A stretch of DNA of 64,000 nucleotides from a virus: positions 5,182 to 69,181 of IMG/VR virus record IMGVR_UViG_3300008448_000063; one strand, given 5' to 3'. Below, piece after piece: positions 40,536 through 51,546 of this stretch (its first letter is position 1; each line of letters opens with the position of its first letter). A program made the position numbers and the translations under genes. The notes under the pieces were generated by a model. The model saw only the letters and a program-made list of their open reading frames with translations. It was not told the DNA's origin and did no database searches.

Positions 40536-43301
40536 TCATGCCCAATAATTATTAGTGGCATCAAAGACATATCTCCAAATCTTAACTGTCTCGACCCCAA
40601 CTAAAGATGGGTCATATGTAGAAAGACCAACATAAGATGATCCAATAGAAACAACAGTTATTCCAGCACCTATGGTGGTTGATTCAACATAATCTCCAAT
40701 AGAAATTCCTATTCCTATAGATGTGTTTATTCCTATAGTACTTAACCCAGTGAAGGTTGCTACTGTTTGACCAATTCCAGTGTAAATTCCAGTTGTAGCT
40801 CTGTACAAGTTTCTTGATTTTGGTACATAATTTCCAGAAATAATAAGATCATTTTTCTGAGGAGTCCAATTTATAGATCTAAGTTGCCCAGAATCATCTG
40901 ACAATCCTTTATTTTTATAAAGTTCTGTTTCAAATGAATCTGAAGTTAAAATTTCTTTCACAGTTCTGGATAATTGTCTGAGTGGAGATGTCTCATAGAG
41001 ATCTTTATTAATTAATACTGTGTCTCCAACTTTGAAATTTGTATCAGAAGAAACTTCCTCAGTGTCTGGAGCATATCCAGCATAGAAATAGACCTTTACT
41101 GTACTTTTTTCTAAAACACCTTCTGAAGTTAATTTTGCAGGAGGTGCCTCAGTAAATATAATTTTAGATCCTCCATTAAATCTGTAAGACTTTCCTGGTA
41201 TTTGCAATACATCATTTACAAATACCAATAGCACATAACTTAAATCTATTTCAGAGTCATCTGCTGCTTGAATGCTAATGGTTTGGGAAACAGAATCTAT
41301 AGTTTCCTTTAGAGTAAATGTTTTTCTTGTGCCATTGACAAATGGAGTTAAATCATCTAATTTCCTAAGAATACCTATGTTCCAAGCAGAAAAACTATCT
41401 TTGGTAACTTCTGTAATCAGTATTTTCACTCTATCATCAGAAGTTTGAGTTGAAATGCCTAAAGTATTTGGTATAGTTAAAGTTTCTCCAGATGTATATC
41501 CATATCCAGGATTGGTAAATTTAAAATTCTTAATATTTCCATCATCACTTATATTAAATGAAACTGATGCCCCTATTCCTAATGCAGACCCTGAAACAGG
41601 AACATTTTCATATGGAAATGGGGGATCAATTAAGACAGAAATATTTTGAGAAGGAGAATATGTGCCCTCTGGAACATTTGTGGTTATTGTCACTGAGGTG
41701 ACTGTACCTGAAGAAACATTTGCAATTCCTAATGCAGATGATCTTTCTCCATCTTCATCTTCAAAATAAACATAGTAAGTAGAAATCCCACTTCTATATC
41801 CAGATCCTCCAGTAACAATTCCTACTGTATTAATTGTTCCTTCAGGGGTTATTCCACAATTAGCTACTGCAGTTCTTAATGGTTGGTAGTTTATTCCTGA
41901 GGATAATGCATATCCTACTATTATTCCACCTCTTGGATATCCTCCTACATTTACATCATATGATTTTGTTGTGAGTATACCAGTTCTATTATTTCCAATA
42001 AATGAAATAGTAGTAATTCCACTAACAGTATCTTCTGTAAAAATAAAAGATTCATCAAATTCTGGATATTGAAAAATATTATTAATTAATACTATTCCAT
42101 TATCAGATTTAATTCCTACTGTATTAATCCCTGATGACTTTAAAGTAAATGAACTGTTTATGCCATTAAATTGTTGTGATACATCATCAAATACTAAATT
42201 GCCATCATAATTTGATTTTAAGAAAACTCTACCATGGAAAGAACTATTATCAATAGGAAGGACTTGTACTAAATCAATTGGTGACACTGCACTACCATCA
42301 GAAGCAGGAGTTGAGAATGATAATGTTATTCCATTAATTGCATTAGAATATGAAGATGCAAAACTATAGTTGTTAGTATAATTCTTTACAAGAAAATAGG
42401 ATTTTCCATTTTGGAGACCATTAGGGGGATTGATAGAATATAGTAAAACTTGAGATCCAGTATCCAACTTTGTAGTAAATAAATCAAATGAATCTGAATC
42501 ATAATTTAAACTATCATTATCCAATCTTGCAGAGTATTCTACTCCTTCTAATGGAGCACTAGTAAAATAGATTTTGTCTTTTTCTATATTATAATTTCCT
42601 TCCATCACATAGGCAGTTTGTATTCCTACAATATCTGATGATGGAGTTCCTAAAAAATCTTGGTTTCTATAGAGATTAATGTCATACCCATTTGGAGAAG
42701 TATTATAGGTATAATCTATAGACATCACCCTAGAAAGTTCGTTATTTATTTTTAAAACAGATCCTAATTTAACATTGTCTATAGAATCTATCCTAATTTT
42801 TGTACTATTGTTGGAAAATACTGAGGTTATTCCTACAGTAGATCCAACAGAAACTGGAGATTGAATAACATTGTCTATAGAAATCAAACATTTTGAATTT
42901 TGCTTTTCGCAAGTAAAAGTATGAGGTGTATCTACTCCCAAGGAGGTTATATTCACATAGGAATTGCTCAAAGCTAATGATGATGCCAATGATACTCTAA
43001 TTCTATCTTTATCAACAACTATTGGGTATATTGTAGAAGGCAATTGTGATATAGTTCCACCAGCACCTGGACTAAGAGTACTAATTCCTATTCTAGTTCC
43101 TAAATCTGGAATTGAGTATGTTAATTTTTCTCCAGTTTTGAAAAAATGATTTGGTATTTTAATAGTATCATTATCAACATCAACTATGATAGGATTTGTA
43201 GCATCAAATTCCTTATGGAAAATTGGTGCATTTTGATGTTTTAATGGAAAACTAGTTCTACCAAAAACATTTGGTATATAAACTACATCTATTGTTGCCA
43301 T
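40536..43301 (-). CDS. Baseplate wedge initiator gp7-like, C-terminal part
   Basis: IPNHFFKTGEKLTY, LISIDNVIQSP, VFVNDVLQIPG repeats typical of cyanophage gp7; in frame with the upstream ORF. Confidence 0.7.
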   Translation of the reverse strand: MATIDVVYIPNVFGRTSFPLKHQNAPIFHKEFDATNPIIVDVDNDTIKIPNHFFKTGEKLTYSIPDLGTRIGISTLSPGAGGTISQLPSTIYPIVVDKDRIRVSLASSLALSNSYVNITSLGVDTPHTFTCEKQNSKCLISIDNVIQSPVSVGSTVGITSVFSNNSTKIRIDSIDNVKLGSVLKINNELSRVMSIDYTYNTSPNGYDINLYRNQDFLGTPSSDIVGIQTAYVMEGNYNIEKDKIYFTSAPLEGVEYSARLDNDSLNYDSDSFDLFTTKLDTGSQVLLYSINPPNGLQNGKSYFLVKNYTNNYSFASSYSNAINGITLSFSTPASDGSAVSPIDLVQVLPIDNSSFHGRVFLKSNYDGNLVFDDVSQQFNGINSSFTLKSSGINTVGIKSDNGIVLINNIFQYPEFDESFIFTEDTVSGITTISFIGNNRTGILTTKSYDVNVGGYPRGGIIVGYALSSGINYQPLRTAVANCGITPEGTINTVGIVTGGSGYRSGISTYYVYFEDEDGERSSALGIANVSSGTVTSVTITTNVPEGTYSPSQNISVLIDPPFPYENVPVSGSALGIGASVSFNISDDGNIKNFKFTNPGYGYTSGETLTIPNTLGISTQTSDDRVKILITEVTKDSFSAWNIGILRKLDDLTPFVNGTRKTFTLKETIDSVSQTISIQAADDSEIDLSYVLLVFVNDVLQIPGKSYRFNGGSKIIFTEAPPAKLTSEGVLEKSTVKVYFYAGYAPDTEEVSSDTNFKVGDTVLINKDLYETSPLRQLSRTVKEILTSDSFETELYKNKGLSDDSGQLRSINWTPQKNDLIISGNYVPKSRNLYRATTGIYTGIGQTVATFTGLSTIGINTSIGIGISIGDYVESTTIGAGITVVSIGSSYVGLSTYDPSLVGVETVKIWRYVFDATNNYWA

Positions 43302-43304
43302 TTT

Positions 43305-46300
43305 TTAAATTTCTATTGATGAAATGTTTTTCTCGAAGAATTTGATGACATAATCTGCATTTTCGCTTGGTGTAAATGAAACTACATACTCATCATTTAT
43401 AGAATCATATGAGGTTACAAAATTAATATCATCTACATCCCCAAGTTGACCATAGGTAATATCCTTCATGTAGGAATCTGCATAATAATGCACCATATCA
43501 ACAGAAACTATTGATTTAGTGGTTGTTACTCCAACAGTCTTTTCAATTAATGCAACATATTTGGATGCTGCATAGTCCGAAGAGAATCTTGAAATTTCTT
43601 GATCAGTTAATGCAGTTCCTGTAAAAGTTACTATACCACTATTTAATCTAGTAAATTCTGATTCTTGTTCTTGTGGATTAACAGTTGTATTATGAATGAA
43701 ATTCATATTAGTGTAAACTGTTACTGCAGTATTTGGGACACCATCATAAGTTATCAATAAATTGGATCCAGAAGTGCTAATTCCAATAGTTCCCAATCCA
43801 ACAATAATATTTTCAGTATAATTGTTGTTTGAAACAACACCATTATCATATAAGAAAGTAAATTCACGATAATCTTGTATTGAACTTGTAGTTGTAGCAA
43901 TTCCTACAAATAAAGTTCCTCCAGAAACATCTGCAGTTGGCACACTATAAATTGTTTTTTGTGTAGGAGTAACCTCAGCAGCATATGATGTGGTAAGTCC
44001 AACATTTCTATTATTTCCATAATAATTGGTAGTTATTCCACTCAAATTAAAGTCCTCTCTAATTGCTCTGACTAAGTAACTTACAGAACCTATTTTTGGA
44101 GAGAAGGACACTACAATGGAATCATTTGAATCAACTTCCCCAATCAAAGTTCCCATATTGCTATCATCATCTACTGCATAAGTTGTTATACTTACATTGT
44201 CACCATCTTTGGTAACAAATGCCTCAAAGAACATTGGGAATACATAGTTTCCTAAGAATGAAGAAGATGCCTGAATAAAGAAGATATACTTTGAACCATA
44301 AACAGGAACAGTATCAATTGGGAATGGAACTACTGGATTATCAGTGTCAAATAGGTTTGAAATGTCATCTATTGAAAGAACTCTATTATCTTTTGAAACT
44401 ATGTAATCTGAGATGATTTTAGAGTTCAAGTTGATAATATCAGAGGCAGAACCATTGTAATCATCTACATTTTCTGTACACAAATCAAAATCATATTTTG
44501 TATTAATATCTGCATAAGATGAAAGTGATACATTAACAATGGCACTATCTATTGCTTCATTTTGAATTGTTGGACTTTGTTCAGACTCTATCACCATGTT
44601 TCCAAAGAGTTTGAATCCTGCAATATGAGCTACCTCATATGCAATAGATTCCCAATCACTCATCTGCACCTTGCTCTTAAGTGCATATGAGAAGAGTTGA
44701 TAATAATCATTATCTTGAAGTTTTTGTAAAATTTCAGATGTGTTTCCTCTATTAGATTTCCATCCTATTTCAGTAGTAACACTAGTTTTGGCATTAAATG
44801 TAGATGAATAGGTTTCTATTCTTTCTACAGTTGCTTTTGACTTACTAATTTTTCCAGTAATCACATCTCCAACTTTAATTTTATCTAAAGGTGTCAGTTT
44901 TACATTAGTTTGTATAGGAGCATTTTTAGGATTTTCTAATATTTTTGAAGATTTATTTCTAATTCCTTCATTTGGTAAGAATGAATTTCTATCTAATGTC
45001 ACCTCAACTACTGGTATATCTTTAGATCTGACTAAAGTTCCTGAGGAACTATAAACACCTGGATCATAGTCTATAGAATAAGTCACTGTTGCTGCATCCT
45101 TGGACCCATAAGCAGTGTTAACACCAGTTACAGTGAAATACTCATAATTGTTTGCAAAGCAGTTATAACCATCATAAAGTGATGTTGTAGCACCTACAGT
45201 TTTTATAGAAACCACATTTTCTACAAATATTTTATCTCCAATTTTGATCTTTAATGGATTTGATGTGGTAAATCCTGTAGATGGAGTCTTTAATGTTAAA
45301 GTTGCAGTATCTGATCCAGAACTGTAAGAAGCATTAAGAATGTTAATTCCATTGGAATTGTCTAAAAATACTAGTTTATCATCTGTAGACTCTAAACCAT
45401 ATCCAGGACTAGTAACAACTATATTTTCAACAACTCCATTTTTAATTTGTGATATTGCACTAAAATTGTTTACTAGTTTGTTTTTATTTTTACTATAAAG
45501 AGCAATAGTTGGAGATTGTAAATAACCTGCTCCACCAGAAGAAATAGATATTCCACTAACAGTGTAATTGTCATATACAAACAAATTACTGTATAATGAT
45601 GAATATGGTTTTAAGGTTTTATCTGAAGGGAGAATAAACTGGTTATTAACAATTTTGGATTTTTGAATTTTTCCAATATTATTACCCAAAGGAATAATAT
45701 CTGCATTTTTTCCAGAAGCAGTTACTATTTCTACTTTTGGAAGTTTTTCATAATTTTTTCCTTTTGACAATAGAGACACAGAATTTATTGGTCCAAAGTA
45801 TGAATTAGAAGAAGTTATAAAGTAATCTAATTCTGATGTAGAAGATCCATATGAGGTTCTTTCTGGTGTTCCTGGATAATTAACTACAAAGCTAGTTCCA
45901 CTATAAGTAGTGATTCCTAAGACTTTATTGGAATAGAAACTCTCATCTATTACTATAGTATTATTTCTTGCTACTGTAGTATCTGAATAGATATCTTCAA
46001 TATCAGAAGTTAAATTGTAATATAATACACGTGGAGTATTATCTGATATAGTTAATGTGAGTGAAGTAGAATTTTTTACTACTTCTAATCCATTTTCCTG
46101 ATTACCTTCATACTCATTATTAAATTCTGGGTCAGAATATAATTTAAATTTACATTCACTTAATGTAGCAGAAGATAAATCAAATACTACAACATCATTT
46201 TCATAGATATTAATTTTTGGATTTACTTCAGAATTTATCAATACTTTTGCATTAGCACTAGAATAAGTAACATTAAATGTAGTTGTAATACCAGACTTTA

Positions 46301-49300
46301 CTTTTAAGTAAACTTGGTCATTTAATGACAAATTATGTTGCTTTTCTGTGTATACAGTGGTTTCATTTAATGAAATACTAGCAGTTACAGGATTTCTATC
46401 AGTAGTAAATTTATGAAGAGCACTATCCTCTAAGGAAGATGGATCATATAACAAGATCTGTTCTAATGATTTAATTTTTTTCTTCTCATTAACTAATGCT
46501 ATTAAATCATTACTTACTCTAATTGCAAATAGTTCTGGATAATTTGAAGTATCATCAAGAGCATAAGAATCTTGAGTGACTAAAGGAACAACACTTGATG
46601 TATAAACAATCTTATCTCCAGTTACAAATTTATGATTTGGGAGATATATTAATCCAGATTTAACATCTTTAGTCTTTTCAATTCCAGGTCCCAATGGATA
46701 CAATGTAAGAGTATTTCTTACTGTTGGATCAAATCCAGATGAAACTGATTGAGATGGATTGAAATAATATGAAGAATCTCTTTTTGGTAAGTCTAATTTT
46801 GCTTTATTTTCAAAATAAAACTTATTGGAAATAGGAACTAATGGTTCTCCTATGGAATAACTTGGAGATCCAGACTCTCTACTTACATTAATTAAATTAT
46901 TATCATAATCCAATCCTATAATTGTCAAAGTTTCACTTTCTAACATAAAGGTATCATCTATTTCAAAGTTTCCAAGAGCACCATCAATTTGAATAGAAGT
47001 TGTTGGTCCTGTAGTAGAATAATTGGGAAGAGTTGCAATCAGAGATGCATTTTTGTCAGATACTTTGATTTTATGGTATCCTTCAATGGATGAATAGGTT
47101 GAAGTTGATATAGAACTAATATTTACAAAACTATCTGATATTAATGAAGTAGCATCTGTAGCATATCCATAAATTCTTCCTAAAGAATAAGTAAGTGGAA
47201 TATTTGCTAATGTGGTAGTTGATGAAGTAATGCTGCTGATTCCTACACCTTTCAGTTCAGATACTTCTCCCAAAGCACCAAACCCATTTGTTCCATCATT
47301 ATTGAATGTAACAGTATTTCCAATTCCATATGAAGAACCACCATTTGCTACTAATATATTATCAATGCTTCCTGAAGAGGCATCAACAACAATTCCATCT
47401 TTTTCATAGAATTTGCTATTAAAATCTATGAACTCATAATAGTTTTCTTTATTTTCTAAGTTATAGTATGCTGTATGCTTAACTAATCCCAAAGAATTAA
47501 AATCTAAATCTTGATTGATCCTTAAATTGAAGTTATTGTCATTTGGAGTATATTTAAAGGAATTTCCAATAGTGTATGGGAATACTGGAACCCTAGATCT
47601 ATCCATGGTGCAGAAGTATGCATAAACTCCATTAGGAAACTCTGGAGTGATGCAGAATCTGCCATTGTGCTCATCTAAATCACCTAATCCTTCTACAAAC
47701 TCATAATCTTCTACAAATAAGAATGTAGTTGGACTAACTCGATTAATTTTTTCTCTATAACTGGATTTTAATCTTCTATATCCTCCAGTTCCATCGGTGT
47801 TTGCATATGCATCTGGACCATAAATTGGACAACCATCATATGCCCATCCAATAATTGGAGAGTGTCTTGATGGATTTACATTTAATCTTAATTTTGGTAT
47901 GTTATAATAATCACACAATTCTTTGTTTAAGAAAAATAGACCATAGATATTTCCAAATAAAGAATACTTCTTACCTAATAAACTTCCATTAGATGAGTTT
48001 TCTAGACCCAATTTATCAATCTCATTTAAAGTCCAAGATTGAATGGTTGCAGAAACTTTTAATCCTGTTGCTAAAGCAACAACTTTTACTGCTGTATTAT
48101 TAGAATATCCCAAACCACCATTTAATACTTTAACTTCAGTTATTTCTCCATTTGAAATAACTGGTTCTAGAACAGCACCATAACCTGTTCCAATAACTTG
48201 TAAGGAGATTCTATTATAATAATTTTGTCCTTTGTTCTTAACTATAGCTCTTTGAATGATTCCATTATTGACTATAAGTTGAATACTTGCCTGAGATCCA
48301 ACTAATTCCCTTACTTGTGGAGCATCATTTAAGTTTAGGATGTTGTTATATCCATACTCATCTTTTGACCTTGCAACCAAAACATCAGTTACAGTGCCTA
48401 ATCCAACTGGTATTAATGTTGCATCATTACCAACTGCACCCTTTTTAAATCTTCTAGATGCAATTTCTACTCTAATTGGAGAATATTCAAAATAATGAAT
48501 GGAACTAGAATTGGAGGATCCAAAATTAATTACATTAGAAGAAGTTTTAGATGACTTTAATTGGAATTCATTTTCATCCAAAACCTTGACATAATAATAT
48601 GATGTAGTGCTAATTCCTGATACTGGAGATTCAGTATAAGAATACATTACTTCATCATTCTTTTTGAATCCATGATTATTAATTATGAAAATATTATCAT
48701 AATGGTTTACCCCTGTATAATCACAAAAAACTTTTTTATATTTAAAAGTATTGTTTTCATCAGATACTTTAATTGATTCAATTGAATTTTTCTTCTCTAC
48801 TGTAACAAATTGATGTATGCCTACTCCAAAGGTTCTTAAATTTATAGTATTAATTCCTTGTCTAGCATCATTTCTAGTAAATGTTAAACCAAAAGAAGTT
48901 CCTGCTCCTACATTAGAAATGTAATATGCACCACCATCAGTTAACCCACCATCTCCACTGGTAGATCCTATACCAACAGCAGTGTAATTAAAACTATTGT
49001 AAATTACTTTTTCTCCATTAACTAGTCCATGAGGAGTGGTAAAAATAAACTTATTGTTTGTAGTATCTACTACCCCACCAACAGAGGAAGAATTAAAGTC
49101 AATTTCTCTAGGAAGAGCCCTCATCTTTACATCAAGATTTAACTTTCCATTGGATCCTCCACCTAAAACTTTGAATGAAGGAATTACATTATCAGCATAA
49201 TCATATCCACCATCTTTTACAATGATTTCTTCAATTTTACCTGTTAACTGTGGAAGTAAGATTGTCTCAGTGTCATTGGATATTGTAAATCTTGGGGGAT

Positions 49301-51545
49301 TGTTTAAATCATAATTTTGACCTGAGTTTAAGACATTTATTTTTTCTATCTTTCCATAATAAATTTTGTCATAAGACTTATAGTTTTGCAGCTCTATACC
49401 ATTTGCAAATATTCCTATTGGACCTGGAGCAGTTTCAATGGGTACAGTAGTAGAAACTAATGCTTTTGGAATTGCTTTTAAAGACTTGCTTGATGTCAGA
49501 TCATTGTCATACAAATCATTGTCTATTAACTTAAATGTACTAACATATCCAGAAACAGTATTATCTACTGGAGGATTAACTAATTCTACAAAACTTAAGT
49601 AAGAAGAAAGACCTACATTTTCTGGAGAATATGCTAATTTTATAGCAGAATCATTTACTTTTTTGACAAAGTAAGATATCCCAGTATTAACACCAACTAT
49701 ATTCTCATAAGTCCCTGATGTAGTAAATCCTACTACAGTAATTTCCTCTCCATCATAAAAATTATGATCACCTATTAATGTTTGATAGTCAGAATCTGTA
49801 GTGAAGTCAAATTCTCTTTTATATGGTGATATTGCAAATCTTGGGAATCCATTTGAAGTTACATAATTATACTTTGAATCTGTATATGAATCTTGTACAT
49901 CTGCAACAAATTTATTTTGAATTTCTGGATAATCCAGAGAGTTTGATTTAAATAACTTTCTTCTTGCTACTAAATTTTTTCCAACATAATCTGATAAAGT
50001 TGATGTGTCAAAGGAGAATTGATACTTTTGATTAGATGATACTGAAACTAAAACATCTGCAGCAACTACTTCTTTAGTGTTTAAGATATAAAGATCTACA
50101 CGATCTTTATCCTTTAAGTGATGTTTATACTTTGACTTGCATACTCCATCAAGTATTCCCACTCCATTGCGATTATTTAATCTTCTGAAAATTTTTCCAC
50201 AATAAACTGTTGAGGGTAAATTATACAGTAAAGAACCAGTGAAATCATTTTCTTCTAGATTTCCGAGATTTTCTATTTCAAAAGAATCACCATTATATGC
50301 ATATCTTGCATTAGTATCATCTAAATCAGACAATACATTTAAAACTCTTAGTTTAACTGGGAAATTCTGATCTCCATTTTCATAGGAGTAAACATAATTT
50401 TCGCCATATACCTCAGTGTTTGCTGAAATATCTACAGTTACTCCTGTACAGTTTAAAAACTGATTGTTGGTCTTATCTGTATAAGATACCTCCAGACCAT
50501 TGATAATGACCTTTCCTGAGGGTTCAAACCCTATTGTAGAACTAACAAATATAGTTGTTGCCCCTGTAGCAACAGGTTCTACTACATATGTTTTTGGAGT
50601 GGAAACAAACTCTCCACTGATAGCACCTTTTGGATTTAGATTATTTGAGTATCCAGAGAAGATATTGATTTTATAAAACTTCTTGTCTTTATAATAAAAT
50701 CTACTTATATTGTAAATAGAACCATTTGCTGCTAAAATCTTACCATTAAAACTTGCATCTTGATATAAAGATTGACCTGTTATTTTTGTAGGATCTCCAC
50801 TTACTGGTTCGCATACAAATGTCTCACAAACTACCCATTTGTCATCTGAAGGTTTGAATGTATAATCAAATGGATTTATTACATCTACTTTTTCGTTAAA
50901 AAGAATTTTGAATAAGATTTTGTATGCACTATCAGTTCCTTTTGATTCATAGAATGATCTTAAATTTGAAATAAAGTTAGGAACATTAATTTCTGGAGCA
51001 AACTCTACTTCTTCAAATCCTGGGGCAAACTGATATTTTATCTTATGGAAGAACTCAAGTAAGAATAAGATGCTGAGGTTATTAACCACATCTTCTTCAA
51101 GATGTTCTGCTACTTCTGTTTGAGTAAACTTTAAAAATTCTTTATTAGAATCTTGATGCAAAGAATCTATTCCACTAAATCCTCTAATGCATCCAATAAA
51201 AGAAGTATTAGTTTTTTGTGTGTAAGTAATTATCTCATTATTAATCTTTAAAAGTCCATATGAGTCTGGCCATCCATCTGTGGAGTCAACATAGATCACA
51301 TCATCAAAATAACCTACATCCTGAGTTAAGTTAGTTTGAGATTGTAAATTGGCATTATCAAAACTTTCAATATTTTTATAATCCAGAAGATTTTCTACTA
51401 GATCAATAGGACCAGATTGAAATTCCTGAGAAATATAAAATTGTTTTAAAAACTCTACTAAGTTTGGATTTTCTGATACTAAAAATTCAGGTATGTGATT
51501 CTCAATGACATCACTAATTTTTACTACTTTATTTTCTTTATTCAT
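43305..51545 (-). CDS. gp7: Baseplate wedge initiator gp7-like, N-terminal part
   Basis: IPEFL...EFLKQFY, FYESKGT, HSPIIGWAYDGCPIYGP (YHYH-type), LQDNDYYQLFSY; lies between gp6 and gp8. Confidence 0.82.
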   Translation of the reverse strand: MNKENKVVKISDVIENHIPEFLVSENPNLVEFLKQFYISQEFQSGPIDLVENLLDYKNIESFDNANLQSQTNLTQDVGYFDDVIYVDSTDGWPDSYGLLKINNEIITYTQKTNTSFIGCIRGFSGIDSLHQDSNKEFLKFTQTEVAEHLEEDVVNNLSILFLLEFFHKIKYQFAPGFEEVEFAPEINVPNFISNLRSFYESKGTDSAYKILFKILFNEKVDVINPFDYTFKPSDDKWVVCETFVCEPVSGDPTKITGQSLYQDASFNGKILAANGSIYNISRFYYKDKKFYKINIFSGYSNNLNPKGAISGEFVSTPKTYVVEPVATGATTIFVSSTIGFEPSGKVIINGLEVSYTDKTNNQFLNCTGVTVDISANTEVYGENYVYSYENGDQNFPVKLRVLNVLSDLDDTNARYAYNGDSFEIENLGNLEENDFTGSLLYNLPSTVYCGKIFRRLNNRNGVGILDGVCKSKYKHHLKDKDRVDLYILNTKEVVAADVLVSVSSNQKYQFSFDTSTLSDYVGKNLVARRKLFKSNSLDYPEIQNKFVADVQDSYTDSKYNYVTSNGFPRFAISPYKREFDFTTDSDYQTLIGDHNFYDGEEITVVGFTTSGTYENIVGVNTGISYFVKKVNDSAIKLAYSPENVGLSSYLSFVELVNPPVDNTVSGYVSTFKLIDNDLYDNDLTSSKSLKAIPKALVSTTVPIETAPGPIGIFANGIELQNYKSYDKIYYGKIEKINVLNSGQNYDLNNPPRFTISNDTETILLPQLTGKIEEIIVKDGGYDYADNVIPSFKVLGGGSNGKLNLDVKMRALPREIDFNSSSVGGVVDTTNNKFIFTTPHGLVNGEKVIYNSFNYTAVGIGSTSGDGGLTDGGAYYISNVGAGTSFGLTFTRNDARQGINTINLRTFGVGIHQFVTVEKKNSIESIKVSDENNTFKYKKVFCDYTGVNHYDNIFIINNHGFKKNDEVMYSYTESPVSGISTTSYYYVKVLDENEFQLKSSKTSSNVINFGSSNSSSIHYFEYSPIRVEIASRRFKKGAVGNDATLIPVGLGTVTDVLVARSKDEYGYNNILNLNDAPQVRELVGSQASIQLIVNNGIIQRAIVKNKGQNYYNRISLQVIGTGYGAVLEPVISNGEITEVKVLNGGLGYSNNTAVKVVALATGLKVSATIQSWTLNEIDKLGLENSSNGSLLGKKYSLFGNIYGLFFLNKELCDYYNIPKLRLNVNPSRHSPIIGWAYDGCPIYGPDAYANTDGTGGYRRLKSSYREKINRVSPTTFLFVEDYEFVEGLGDLDEHNGRFCITPEFPNGVYAYFCTMDRSRVPVFPYTIGNSFKYTPNDNNFNLRINQDLDFNSLGLVKHTAYYNLENKENYYEFIDFNSKFYEKDGIVVDASSGSIDNILVANGGSSYGIGNTVTFNNDGTNGFGALGEVSELKGVGISSITSSTTTLANIPLTYSLGRIYGYATDATSLISDSFVNISSISTSTYSSIEGYHKIKVSDKNASLIATLPNYSTTGPTTSIQIDGALGNFEIDDTFMLESETLTIIGLDYDNNLINVSRESGSPSYSIGEPLVPISNKFYFENKAKLDLPKRDSSYYFNPSQSVSSGFDPTVRNTLTLYPLGPGIEKTKDVKSGLIYLPNHKFVTGDKIVYTSSVVPLVTQDSYALDDTSNYPELFAIRVSNDLIALVNEKKKIKSLEQILLYDPSSLEDSALHKFTTDRNPVTASISLNETTVYTEKQHNLSLNDQVYLKVKSGITTTFNVTYSSANAKVLINSEVNPKINIYENDVVVFDLSSATLSECKFKLYSDPEFNNEYEGNQENGLEVVKNSTSLTLTISDNTPRVLYYNLTSDIEDIYSDTTVARNNTIVIDESFYSNKVLGITTYSGTSFVVNYPGTPERTSYGSSTSELDYFITSSNSYFGPINSVSLLSKGKNYEKLPKVEIVTASGKNADIIPLGNNIGKIQKSKIVNNQFILPSDKTLKPYSSLYSNLFVYDNYTVSGISISSGGAGYLQSPTIALYSKNKNKLVNNFSAISQIKNGVVENIVVTSPGYGLESTDDKLVFLDNSNGINILNASYSSGSDTATLTLKTPSTGFTTSNPLKIKIGDKIFVENVVSIKTVGATTSLYDGYNCFANNYEYFTVTGVNTAYGSKDAATVTYSIDYDPGVYSSSGTLVRSKDIPVVEVTLDRNSFLPNEGIRNKSSKILENPKNAPIQTNVKLTPLDKIKVGDVITGKISKSKATVERIETYSSTFNAKTSVTTEIGWKSNRGNTSEILQKLQDNDYYQLFSYALKSKVQMSDWESIAYEVAHIAGFKLFGNMVIESEQSPTIQNEAIDSAIVNVSLSSYADINTKYDFDLCTENVDDYNGSASDIINLNSKIISDYIVSKDNRVLSIDDISNLFDTDNPVVPFPIDTVPVYGSKYIFFIQASSSFLGNYVFPMFFEAFVTKDGDNVSITTYAVDDDSNMGTLIGEVDSNDSIVVSFSPKIGSVSYLVRAIREDFNLSGITTNYYGNNRNVGLTTSYAAEVTPTQKTIYSVPTADVSGGTLFVGIATTTSSIQDYREFTFLYDNGVVSNNNYTENIIVGLGTIGISTSGSNLLITYDGVPNTAVTVYTNMNFIHNTTVNPQEQESEFTRLNSGIVTFTGTALTDQEISRFSSDYAASKYVALIEKTVGVTTTKSIVSVDMVHYYADSYMKDITYGQLGDVDDINFVTSYDSINDEYVVSFTPSENADYVIKFFEKNISSIEI

Positions 51546-51546
51546 T

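Noticed and set aside
29880-51545. GxGY / GIGT / GITT peptide repeats as a diversity-generating system
   Set aside because: Degenerate protein-level repeats usual in cyanophage structural proteins; no nucleotide-identical template/variable repeat pair or reverse transcriptase seen
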